Positions 11,570 through 23,773 of a stretch of DNA of 64,000 nt are shown here, piece after piece. The number at the start of each line of letters is the position of its first letter. Position 1 is the stretch's first letter. The position numbers were made by a program, and so were the translations under genes. This DNA comes from Haliotis cracherodii (lineage: Eukaryota), in NCBI RefSeq assembly GCF_022045235.1, contig NW_027266287.1, positions 3,658,001 through 3,722,000 on the forward strand, written 5' to 3'. A model generated the notes under the pieces. That model did no database searches and was not told where the DNA came from. It worked only from the letters and a program-made list of their open reading frames with translations.

Positions 11570-14500
11570 TCAAACAATTATAGCTTTTTGTTCCGCAAGC
11601 TTCCGTCTTTTGCGAACTCGAAATATCAATGCGGCTGTTACAAAACACAACAATGGGACTGTCATAAAACCCAATTCAAATACTGATGTGACGTAAGCAC
11701 ACATAATGATGACATCATCACAAAATGCACACATAGAGTTCTTTTTATTAAGCAAGTGAATTCTTTTTTCATCCGTGATCACTGTATATGAAGAACCAGT
11801 TTGGTTTGTCGGTTGCATGGTAACGGCAAAACCAAAAGGTACGGACGTCAATGATTGGTTGTATAATGGAGATGACGTCATATTTGCGATGACGCCACAT
11901 CTTTCTTGCTGAAGATTATCAGTATGGTAGGTATATATGACGTATGGGCCACCTGAAAGCAAAAATTATTACAAATTCATGACATGCTATTGACCTTTTT
12001 CACACTTCGCTACTTCCGGTTTGAAAGCGAGGCTTGGAGAGCAGAAGGTGAAGGCTGGATAGCACATGAAACACATGGAGATGTCAACAAGGCACGGAAT
12101 CGGGACAAACTGTGACAATTTAACCATCCCGGTACATTTATCGTAAGTATTGAACATTATTCTTATTGACAAACTATTCTACTGTTATCTTGTCTCCTTA
12201 CCGATATAAATTTGAATCTGGCCGTTCTGTTGTGATTTCAATTTAAAATATCCATGACCACCTGGTAACTCCCAGTGCAGTTTATGGTAGCTGAACAGAC
12301 TTAATACAAACTCTACTGAAATCTTGTAAAGAATAATTCATTGTTTACACACCATTAAGCCAAACTATCTATTGTGAATTTAAATAACTTTGCGGGTTGT
12401 ATTTGAAGTCGAAATATTGACCTTTTGACCAGATATATGTCAGAAACTAACTAAATTGATATGTTGATATAATGTATCAAATTGTAACCTACTGAGAATT
12501 TACAATCGTAACAAATCAAAAGTTTGCATCAGTTGCGTATTTGATGTAAATTGTAATGGACTCAAATGCATTCCAATAAAATATTAGACCTCTCGATCTA
12601 CTTGTGCTGTTGTGATTGTGAACAGTTGTTATTTTGATTGTCAATGTTGACAGATTAGATAGCATGAGGTGTAATATTTCAACTGAATTATTTACTTTAC
12701 TGTACCAATTTAATCATGTCATGAAATGAACAGTCTGCAGAGCTCCAGATAAGCTTTTGGTGTTGTGGGTATTTTACCCATGCATTTTTTAAATCATTGG
12801 GTATCTGTAATTCTATCTGCGTATTCAAATTTCTGTTACCCACTAGTTTTTACACATGTGGGTATTTAAGTTAAATATTTAAAATCACTATTCATCTAGT
12901 CCCTGCAAACTGGTGTCATGTCGGTTAGAGAGCGTTATAGGACTCAAAAATACAACGATACTTCCACAAGAAAGTGTGATGGCGAATGATCATGATGTAA
13001 CTGTCATCGTTGAGTTTGGCAAGGTTGACGGAATGCCAATTTATAATTTCAAAATAAGTTGCTGATTTGCTAATCGAATACGCAGGGTTACTTCACAATA
13101 TTTTGATGATACGCACAAGTTTTATTTTTGTAGCGTATCTGTAATGTTCGTTGCGTATTTGATACGCTTGGATTATATTTTACTGCGTATTTCAGCATTT
13201 CTGATGCGTATTTTAAGCAGATACGCAGCTTATCTGGATCTCTTCAACAAAACCCCAACTAATTAATGTCCAGTAAATGTTCAATCTACATTTGATCTTT
13301 ATATAATTTACAGAAACAGATAACTCTTTAACAGTTTGTATTCAAATATTTCAAATGTTTAAATTGATATTGACATTACTAAAAACTTAAATTATAAGCA
13401 GAATTATTTTTAATTCCCATGCGTATTGCAATCATAACTCATTAATTCTCTTTGTTTAATTGTGAAACCCATCTGGTTTTATGTCCACAAACATGTTTTG
13501 AAACTTTTAAAACAAAAAGATTTCTTTTGTGCAAGCAATTGCCATGTATTATTGATTATTAATCATATCAATTTATATATAAGAATATAGTTGTGCTTAC
13601 TGTGTCATTTTGCAATAATAATATTGTTATGATGTAATATTTTACTATTGTTAACAATCTTTAGAACTTTAGTTTATTTCAATCAAGGCAAGTGGTGTGA
13701 TCATATTGATATTTTTTTATAATTCAATCAAAACGCGAAAAATAAAAAAATATAAATACATAGAAGAAATTTGTTTTCCTTGTCAAATAACGATGATAGC
13801 ATGAAATTATCTCATGCTCCTTGTATGCATGCTCCTTGTGAAAATTCATTCCATTTCTTTTTCGAATGTACCTTATATGATGATTTTAGGGAGACATTAC
13901 TGACAGGCTGTGACAGCTATCGATAATCTTGGAGGACAAAAAACTCTACATAGTATTCTTTTTGGTGATCCAAACTTAGATGTTTTCCTGAATACAAAAA
14001 TATTCTTGTCTGTACACAAATTTATAGAAACGACTAACAGATTCAGTAGCTAGCATATTATTGTTTCCAAACTGTTATTCATTAATATTGTTAAATATAT
14101 ATTCAACACTAAAATGTATAATATTAGGATATGTATGAGATGCACACTGTCTTCACTTTCCAGCACATTGTACATATCCTTCATATGAGCACTGTATATA
14201 TATATTGCGCACTATGTTTCCACAATGGGAAGCTTCAACTGTAAATTGTTCATTTTCATTATGCAATATTATGTATAACTGTATATAGGGAGAAGGCGGT
14301 AATAAGTGCTGCCCTTTGTCTTTTTGGACAATAAAATATGTTTAATAATATTTGGTCTTGTGATCTGACAAAGTTAATATTTTCAAGTCAAGATATCAAC
14401 TTTAGTAAACCACATGAAGGGATAAACATTGCATTTGACAAAATAAATTCAAGTCTTATATTTTCTTTGTGATCTTCATGACCTTACTCAGAAAACCATA

Positions 14501-17500
14501 GTGTCAATGAGGCAGACTGACTGTAGGTGTGACAAAACGTGATATTTCACCTGTTTTTCACTCCAGCGAAAGTATGTTTTCAACATGGTTAGACTAAACA
14601 AAGTATTTCATGATTAAATACATACTGGTAATGCAAATATCAAAACGTGTTTCATTAAAATAAGAGTGAATTTCTGTGTGACATTGATATAAAGAGCTTT
14701 AGTACACTGTCATTAAATTGATGCATCTGTTGAGTTTACTGTTTACAAAGAATATACTGCTTGAGTTGTCGACATATCAGATGAATTGATGCCTTCAAGA
14801 TTGTTCTTAAGTAGCATGTAATGTTACACACTGTGATTACATTTCCTTAAACTTCTCTATTTCAGAAGAATGTTGTTTTCTAAATAAGCAATATTTTGAG
14901 AGAAGGTGAATATGCATTGTTTATAAAAAATGTTATTGAAGTAGGAATATTATTACAATATTATTGAATAATTCATTTCAGGCCAGTGAGTCAACACAAT
15001 GAAGTACTAGTATCCAGTGATGGATGTCTGGAGGAGCTTTCTGCTGACAGTAACACAATGGTTACAATGTGCGTCCTGTCAAAGGACGAGAAAGTGTAAA
15101 GCCATAATCATTTAATCAACAAATGTGCTTCCTGTCATATTTCACTTAAATAGGACGAGGAAGTGAAAAGCCTTATTCACTCACAAATCAACATGGCCAA
15201 TATTTATCGGACACTGAAAAAGCACATTGTACCATTTGTTTACAAGCAAGAAAATTATTTTCTCCTGGAATTTAATTAGGTGCTTTTGACTGACAAAGAC
15301 ACCCAGTCGATGTTAAGTTTTGAAAACTTATATTGTGAGAAATAAAGATATGAAAATTTTGGTTTGTTTTTCTTTGTTAAATATGAGAAATCCAGATTGT
15401 TCCATCAACATAATTTGTACCGATACATATATTTTATCTTGGCTTGATTAACAATTGAAGTTGATTCCTTTTTATCTTTTGTTATTTTATCTGTAATCAT
15501 AACTGATCAAGACATTTTCAAACTATTCAGGATAAATGTATTAGTAGCTTCCTTTTGATATACAATTACCTATCATCATACAGGATTAGGTGAGGGTGTT
15601 CAAGAAGTTGGTAGTTGTATCAATTCTTATATTTCTTCAAATTCATACATTATTTATATTTATCAATTTTTAGTTTCCCTTTAACTTATTTTAAACAGTT
15701 CACACATTATAACTTTTGTTGTGGACGGTGCAATCTCAATCGGCAAAAATCAGTTAAGTAAGTGATGTTTGAAAGTATCATCTGTCATTGTACACACTGA
15801 ATAGAGTTATCGCCCCTTCTGAATATTTATTTTGACACACGAATTATTTTCATAATTAACATTGTAATATGTTAAAATGAAAATCTTAGCAGAAAAAAGT
15901 GTCTTTCGTCAACTGGACTCATGGCAAAACGATGGTGCGTTGTGCAGCAAACACCACTATGAAACGTGAAATAAACATACCTTAATCTTGATCTAGAGTT
16001 CGCCAAGCCACGCATTGACTGAGCAATTTTGCAAAAGGAAACTGACGTGTTTCATGTTATGTGGTTTATTTACGATACAAAACTTCTGTCATTGAATGTA
16101 CTGTCACATTGTCTCTATATGCCGACGAGGTTATGATAAAACAATCTATTTCTGAAATACGTATCTCGAAATACACCTTTCGATTCACTTCCGGGATCCT
16201 GACAGCAAAATGCTAATTCCAGTGTATTACAGGCATATTTTAGTTGGACCTCAGGATTAAATGTGAAATATCTTCTGTATTAGATACAGAGGATACTATT
16301 TTTTGTTTGTTTAAAATGTCCATCAGTGAAATGCACAACATGCTGTCTGTTCCCTATCAGCTGATGCGACTCTCACTGCATGGAGTTATGCTCTCCAAGC
16401 CTCGTTTTCGATCCAAGATGGCGAAAGTGTGAAAAAGGTCAATAGTTCACCCAAATCAAGATAATCAAGGTCAAGGTCATTTTAACGTAATCAGAATTGA
16501 AAAAAAGAATGAGATGTGATTAATGGGTAGCGAGATATGAGAAGTGAGTAATCAGTTACAGCAGGGGACACCAGAAAAAGGCTTCCCATGTTGTTCGTTT
16601 GTTTATTTGTTGTTCAACGCCGCACTCATATTCCAATATTCCACGCACCAGGGGCGGTCGGGTAGCCTAGTGGTTAAAGCGTTCGCTCGTCACGCCGAAA
16701 ACCCGGGTTCGATTCCCGACATGGGTACAATGTGTGAATTAAGCCTATTTCTGGTGTCCCCCGCCGTGATATTGCTGGTGGAATATTGCTAAAAGCGGCG
16801 TAAAAACGTACTCACTCACTCACTCACACCACGCACCAATATTCCAGCTATCAACCAAGTCACCTTACCTGACCACCCAATCCCGTTAGTTCCCTCGTAC
16901 CAGAAGCATGGACTGCTTAACGCCAATTCTAACCCAGAATTTCCATGTTGTGCCCATGTTGGGAATCGAACCCGGTCTTAGACATGACAAGGCACGACGA
17001 AAGGAAGTCTTGCAACATTCTACCCCGTCGCCACGTACAGTATCGGGATGCGTTCAAAACAAATACAGAAACTATTTGGAAAAGTTGATTTTGAATATTC
17101 GGCGTCTACTTAATTTCAAAAAAAGGTGACGAGGTAAGAAAGGTTTATCAGCAAGGTCGGATCCAGCACTTTTAAAAGGGATTGGGATGCTTTTAAAAGC
17201 AATTGGGATCGATGACATGCATCAACCAAGACAGTGAGCCTGACGCGATCCCGTTAGTCGCCTCTCACGACAAGCGTAGTCACCTTTTAGGGCAAGCATG
17301 GGTTGCTGAAGACCTATTCTACCCCGGATCCTCACTGGTTCAATACCAATGCTTGTGGGTTTCACCAGAGCGGTAAACCTCTCGATGGAACTGGAATAAT
17401 GTTCGAAGCGGCATAAAACATGAGTCACTCACCATGACGCTGCAGACACTTACCCACAAGCTGGAGAGCGGGGATAGTGAACATCAACAGGACCCACAGC

Positions 17501-20500
17501 ACGAGGCAGACACTGTGTGTCTTCCTGTTATCCTTCATGTGCTTACGGTACAGACACGTCCAGAGGAAGACGCTATGCCCCACCCCTGCCACGCCCAGAA
17601 GCCCCGAGACACACAGGTACAGGGGGATGAGGGGTGCCGCGGGGCATCGGTCTAAATACTCAATCCCTGGGGAGGAGGAAATGTAATAGCGTTATGAAAA
17701 AAATTAACTGACTTTTTATACGATTGAATACATAACAACAAAGCAGAGAAATATGCATTGTTTTGTGTATAATAAATTCTTTCTCAAATAGGAAAAATAA
17801 GAGTGAGTAAGAATGATATTTGTTGTTTGTTGTTTTACGCCGCACTCAGCAATATTCCAGCTGTATGACGGCAGTATATGTAAATAGTCGAGTCTGGACC
17901 AGACAAGCCAGTAATTCATATCATGAGCATGGGTCTACGCAAATGGAATAGGATGACATGCATCAACCAAGTCAGCGCGCCTGACCACCCGATCCAGTTA
18001 CGACAAGCATAGTCGTCTCTTCTAGCAAGCATGGGTTGCTGACGACCCGGATCTTGAGCGAGTGAGTGATCGGCATTTAATGTCAGGGCCATTCCAGCTA
18101 TATTATAGCGACCTTTGAATAACTGAGTTGTAAATGTAAGCAACGATCCGTGTTATGTGGAGTTATGACATTATGTCCATGGGTGAAAAATACCATACTA
18201 AACTAAACTAGTGTCCAAAAGAAACGATACCACCTGTTTGCAACGACATAAAAGAAAAACTAAACAATGCAGAAGTTGAGGATTGGTGTTATGCTTTTGA
18301 GAAATCCTTTCACAACATCTGTACAAAAATTTCATTTCAATAAAATCTGTACAACCAATATGACAAGACTTTAAAGATGGGTGGGGTCGAAAAATGAACA
18401 TTTCGTTAGAGCACTGATCACAGAAACAACGGGAAATGTCACACCACACGTCTCAAAGTCAAGTCAGTAGCGGGTATGTCCACCGTGAGCATCAATACAT
18501 GCCAGAACACGCCTACGGACTGATGACGTAAAACGTCTGATGACGTTGGGAGTGATGCGTTGCCATTCCTCGAGGAGACATCGTTCCAAGTCCTGGACGT
18601 TGGGACTGGAGGCACACGGCGACGTCGGATTTGCCGATCGAGGTGGTCCCATAAGTGCTCGATGGGATTCATGTCCGGTGAACATGCGGGCCATGGCAAA
18701 ACCTGTACGTTGGCGGTGGCAAGGAAATTCTGTGTCAATCTTGCTTTGTGTGGCCTTGCATTGTCATGTTGGAAAAGGAGTCCACGAGGCTGTTGCTGAA
18801 TAAAGGGCATCACAACAGGCCGTAGGATGTCATCAAGATAACGCTGTGCATTCAGGTTTCCACGAATTACGACAAGCATCGTTTTAACGTCACCACATAT
18901 GGCACCCCAAACCATTAACCCTCCACCTCCAAACGGCCGGACCTGTTGGATACAGTTAGGCGCCAAACGTTCACCAAATCGTCGGTATACAAGCTGCCGT
19001 CCATCGTTTCTGAAGATGAGGAATCTGCTCTCATCAGAGAACATAACACGTGCCCAGTCCCGCCGTTGCCAATGTCGAACTCGCCTGGCCCTGATCAGTC
19101 TGTTGTTCCGGTGTCGAGGCGTCAGGAGCGGTCCGCGGTAGGGATGACGTGGCCGGATACCATACTGCCGTAGTCTCCTGTAGACGGTCTGTCGACTGAT
19201 CGTGTGTCCCAGTGCTGTAGCCGCCGTGGACGTCGCTGTTACGGTGCGGTTCCTCAGGTGTAATACCCGGATGTAACGATCTTCACGGGGCGTGGTTACT
19301 CGTGGTCTTCCACTCCTGGGCCTGTCTGACGTCTGACCTGTCTGACGTAACCGCTGCATCAACCTGGTGATAGTCATGCGTGCGCAGCCCAACCCTCTGG
19401 CGACGTCGACGCGTGACGCTCCTTGTTGGACCATTCCAACGGCTCTCTCTCTCTCGATGGCTGTCAAACGTGGCATATCCTGTGTTCTTTTCGTTGCTGT
19501 GATATCAACGTGTCTGATCAGCCGTTTTATACAGTTTTTATGCACGTGCAGAACATGCTTGAGAGGGAAATGTCACTTTCACGAAATTTACGTTTTTTCC
19601 CGGAAGTGATCACGTGTTCCCGGTATTTTTTATCGACTATGCTGTGTTTGGGATGTGCAATACGAATTGGCATGTTTTCATACTAGACAATTCACTTAGT
19701 AAAAAACAATTTTGAAAATAAGTTGGTATCGTTTCTTTTGGACACTAGTTTATATAAACTAAACTCCCAATATTTTAAAGGGATAGGGGCGATCGGGTAG
19801 CCTAGTGGTTAAAGCGTGACATACCTATTACAAACTTAGGGACTCCAAGAATGAACAGACAGCCGATGAGGATGACGATTCCTATTGAAAAGAGATTTAC
19901 ATTTCAGATGCATGGATGTACAGTTCAACAATCTGGTTAACATGACACATACTGCATAATGGTGAAAGCAGGGCGAGGGGGCTACCTCAGCAGAGGATTC
20001 GGTTGAGCTATAGTCATAGATAAATCAGGTGAGCTATAGTCATAGGTAAATCAGTTGAGCTATAGTCACAGGTAAATCAGTTGAGCTAGTTATAGGTAAA
20101 TCAGGTGAGCTAGTTATATGTAAATCAGGTGAGCTATAGTCATAGGTAAGGCAGGTGATCTAGTCATAGGAAAATCAGGTGAGCTATATGAATAGGTAAA
20201 TCAGGCGAGCTGGAGGCATAGGTAAAGCAGGTTAGCGATAGGCATGAGTAAATCAGGTGAGCTAGTCATAGGAAAATAAGGTGAGCTATAGTCATAGGTA
20301 AACCAGGTGAGTCAATCATAGGTAAATCAGGTGAGCTAGTACTACGAGAGTTTCACAATAATGGAGATCGGCATAGTGGTTCAAACGCTCGCTCACTCAC
20401 TCACTCACTCACTCACTCACTCTGCAATCATGATTCGATCAAATGGTTTAAACATATGATATTTTCGAATGGAAACTGGGATTGGTAAACATCAACTAAC

Positions 20501-20632
20501 AAGAGATCTGGTCAGATGCCATACATAAATTTTTCTAGCTTGGTCTGTGACATGGCCGGAGCGAAGCACTCCCTTCAGTATCTCACCTAGAAGCGCTGTG
20601 AAGAAACAACATTCTCCTGACGTCTTCTTCAT
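11570..20632 (-). CDS. TMEM272-like four-pass membrane protein (~232 aa, 4 coding exons)
   Basis: Exons 20632-20587 (MKKTSGECCFFTALL), 19881-19825 (GIVILIGCLFILGVPKFVI), 17666-17454 (GIEYLDRCPAAPLIPLYLCVSG...PALQLV), 11952-11570 (GGPYVIYTY...CDDVIIMCAY...RVRKRRKLAEQKAIIV*). All phase-1 GT-AG introns, 699 nt; G-x2-Y-x3-CP-x4-IP-x-YL-x-V-x-G motif as in the TMEM272 family; 4 hydrophobic segments. Confidence 0.82.
12738..13244 (+). mobile_element. MITE with CAGAGCTCCAGATAAG TIRs
   Basis: TIR cagagctccagataagc / gcttatctggatctct; near-identical inverted copy at 25834-26332; related copies 9198-9802 and 41186-41500. Confidence 0.8.
13820..14345 (+). mobile_element. 3' end of a CR1-like LINE
   Basis: CENSFHFFFECTLYDDFR...ILFGDPNL...NTKIFLSVHKFIETTNRF* followed by 3' UTR ending aataaaatatgtttaa. 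Confidence 0.7.
16650..16827 (+). mobile_element. SINE family A with TSD ccacgcacca
   Basis: Full length; 10-bp direct repeat on both sides; inserted in the tail of a family-B copy. Confidence 0.88.
18206..19750 (-). mobile_element. Tc1-family DNA transposon, near-intact
   Basis: 26-bp perfect TIRs aactagtgtccaaaagaaacgatacc, TA on both flanks, single transposase gene; sits in an intron of the TMEM272-like gene. Confidence 0.95.
18464..19476 (-). pseudogene. Tc1 DD34E transposase with one frameshift near 18605
   Basis: MPRLTAIERERAVGM..GRPRVTT..FSDESRF..QHDNARPH..SPDMNPIEHLW (34 residues between D and E); C-terminus NVQDLERCLLEEW...GGHTRY* is in another frame. Confidence 0.9.
20003..20340. 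repeat. 24-26-bp minisatellite (~13 copies)
   Basis: Unit ggtgagctatagtcataggtaaatca with 2-bp length variants; intronic. Confidence 0.9.
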
Positions 20633-20835
20633 GGTTTGCTAGACACACGTCATCACTGTACAGTTGACACCACCGTCGTTAAGTCGCGCTGACGTCTGAA
20701 ACGTCAATGGGACAACATACCTGAGGTCGGCCTGATATGCAAGGTGCATGTACATTGCCAGCAACTAGGCTCCCGCCAAACACTACTTTTGTCTGGTTGT
20801 TTGTTTGTTTGTTTGTTTCCTAACACTCAATAATA

Positions 20836-21117
20836 GGCCCAGTCGTCTAAGGCGCCGCGATTCGCTGTGCAGAGTTGCGTCCCTTGGGATCGCCAGAAAC
20901 CTATGTTTGTGGGTTCGAATCCCGGTTCGCCCCAATTATGGTTCTAGTTTTGTCAGCACCATATGCATACCCGTGCTCGTGGGTTTCACCGAAGTGGTAA
21001 ACGTCTGAGACCTGCATCACTTTGGGCTTTCCTCCCACATTAAGCTGACACGCCGTGATATGACTGGATTACTGTTAAAAACGGCGTTAAACCCAACTCA
21101 ATCACTCACTCACCTCA
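20836..21117 (+). mobile_element. SINE family D (tRNA-Leu-like head with long insert)
   Basis: A box ggcccagtcgtctaaggcgc, insert gcagagttgcgtcccttggg.., B box ggttcgaatccc, (CACT)n tail; copies or fragments at 618-710(-), 1719-1790(-), 2637-2872(-), 7165-7330, 50040-50240, 57450-57723, 63585-63885(-). Confidence 0.8.
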
Positions 21118-22660
21118 CCGGTTCTGAAATCTCCAATTTCACTGGAGCTGTTGCTGAGTGCGGTGTTAAACAACAAATAAACAAACAAACAAACATCTGC
21201 GCTCAATTTACTTTTTTTCAGAGACGAATCGTTATGGTAGAGTTTGGGAGCTGCGGTCGTTTTAGTACTAAAAGTTTCCTAGAAACCTCAGGATCAACCT
21301 CTTTGACACATGGGAGCCTTGTCTGTGCATTCAATGTCGTTATACGTAATAAACGAGCTTATGGACTTACGTTTCCCGTGAGTTTAAATAGGAGCTTATA
21401 GATGTGTGGGTGATTATGTGTCTGCAAATCATTTGGCACTTTCATTCGTGACCAATTCGTGTTATTCCGCGACAAGCCGAATAGCGACTCGTGCCCCTCT
21501 CGTGGCCATCTTTGCGACCGGGTTCCGTCTTAGCGCAAACGGGCATACCTAAAACAATTGTCAACTCGTTGCGTAATGGTTCACATATATTTCCCCATAT
21601 ATTATATATATTTCCGATGCAATTTAAAGCACATCTGGACAAGCGGAATCATAATTAAGGGCGAGTGGTGACGAATGTGGCACTTTATGATAAATGGGGC
21701 AGTTCACTGTATTCATACGCGTTTCCAATAGATACTTCACTGAACGGAATTTCATCTTAAATATTTATCATAATAAAAATGACAACATAAAGGGATTATG
21801 GCCCTCGTATGTTTCCGTATCGTAAATACCAAATATCAAAAGCTCGCATAACACAATTTATGTTCCTAATAATATATGTATGATACGGAAACTCCGTCAG
21901 TAATCCTAATGTCCTGTCCGTTAAAAGAAAACCTCGGCTATGTCTGTAAATGAAAATGTAAATATGCTTGTTATATTCCAGTTATATTACGGCGGTCTGT
22001 AAATAATCGAGTCCGGACCAGACAAGCCAGTGATTGACATCATGAGCATCAATCAATCGGGATACGCTGACATACAACCAAGTCAGTGAGCCTGACCACC
22101 CGATCCCGTTAGATGCCGCTTACGGCAAGCATGGGTTGCTGAAGACCGGAAGTTCTCCCCCCGGTTCGTAATCTGCAGTGCGTGTAGCTTTTCCGATTCA
22201 CACAATACAGTGTATAGAAGAAGGGTATTTATATGCTTGTCTGTATCATAGTAACGTAGTGGGTTAATCAAAGTCATGTATGCACGTGTGAATGCTTCCT
22301 TTGTGTACATCAGAAAAGTGCAACACGCAAGAGAGCCGTCTAACATCCTCCACTATAGAATGGAACCTATTGTCCTGTACGTGACTATATATGAAATGTG
22401 GAGATTAGGTCTTAATGAGAGATGGTAGGCTTAAATCATGCGCTAACACGAACAGCTTTTGCTGACATGTCCTTAACGTTGTTGGGGGTGTTATGTCTGT
22501 GCGTAACAGTAAATGAGATTGATTTTAAGCCGCTTTGAATAGATGTAATACTGCATCTGAGATTATCGTGGTGGGGAAGTTGAGTGATGCAAGTCTTAGA
22601 CGTTAATCACTTTATTGAAACCAACTAGCCAACAGTCAGTAGCGTCGCCTGAGGCGATTG

Positions 22661-23773
22661 GGCCACCTGTCTGACATGTAGACAACTGAGACACATGTCT
22701 GACCTGTAGACAACTGAGACACCTGTCTGACCTGTAGACAACTGGGCCACCTGTCTGACCTGTAGACAACTGAGACACATGTCTGACCTGTAGACAACTG
22801 AGACACATGTCTGACCTGTAGATAACTGAGCCACATGTCTGACCTGTAGACAACTGGGCCACCTGTCTGACATGTAGACAACTGAGACACATGTCTGACC
22901 TGTAGACAACTGAGACACCTGTCTGACCTGTAGACAACTGAGACACCTGTCTGACCTGAAGACAACTGAGACACATGCCTGACCTGAAGACAACTGAGAC
23001 ACATGCCTGACCTGTAGACAACTGAGACACCTGTCTGACCTGTAGACACCTGAGACACATGTCTGACCTGTAGACAACTGAGACACATGTCTGACCTGAA
23101 GACAACTGTGACACATGCCTGACCTGAAGACAACTGAGACACATGCCTGACCTGTAGACAAATGGGCCACCTGTCTGACCTGTAGACAACTGAGACACCT
23201 GTCTGACCTGAAGACAACTGAGACACATGCCTGACCTGTAGACAACTGAGACACCTGTCTGACCTGTAGACACCTGAGACACCTGTCTGACCTGTAGACA
23301 ACTGAGACACCTGCCTGACCTGTAGACAACTGAGACACATGTCTGACCTGTAGACAACTGAGACACCTGTCTGACCTGAAGACAACTGAGACACATGTCT
23401 GACCTGTAGACAAATGGGCCACCTGTCTGACCTGTAGACAACTGAGACACCTGTCTGACCTGTAGACAACTGAGACACATGTCTGACCTGAAGACAACTG
23501 ATACACCTGTCTGACCTGTAGACAACTGGGCCACCTGTCTGACCTGTAGACAACTGAGACACCTGTCTGACCTGAAGACAACTGAGACACATGTCTGACC
23601 TGAAGACAACTGGGCCACCTGTCTGACCTGTAGACAACTGAGACACCTGTCTGACCTGTAGACAACTGAGACACATGTCTGACCTGAAGACAACTGGGCC
23701 ACCTGTCAGACCTGTAGACAACTGAGACACCTGTCTGACCTGTAGACAACTGAGACACATGTCTGACCTGTAG
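22661..23773. repeat. 28-bp minisatellite (~40 copies)
   Basis: Unit gacctgtagacaactgagacacatgtct with tgggccacct variants; stop-free in three minus frames, hence three spurious ORFs. Confidence 0.95.

Larger units (their letters stand above)
11987..16445. mobile_element. ~4.5-kb TIR-bounded putative non-autonomous DNA transposon
   Basis: Left end ctattgacctttttcacacttcgc...ggcttggagagca is the imperfect reverse complement of right end tgctctccaagcc...gcgaaagtgtgaaaaaggtcaatag (~55 bp); AT-rich interior with nested MITE and LINE; no transposase seen. Confidence 0.65.

Noticed and set aside
15932-15985. MVRCAAN start resembling a THAP domain
   Set aside because: Stops after 17 codons; no further THAP residues found.
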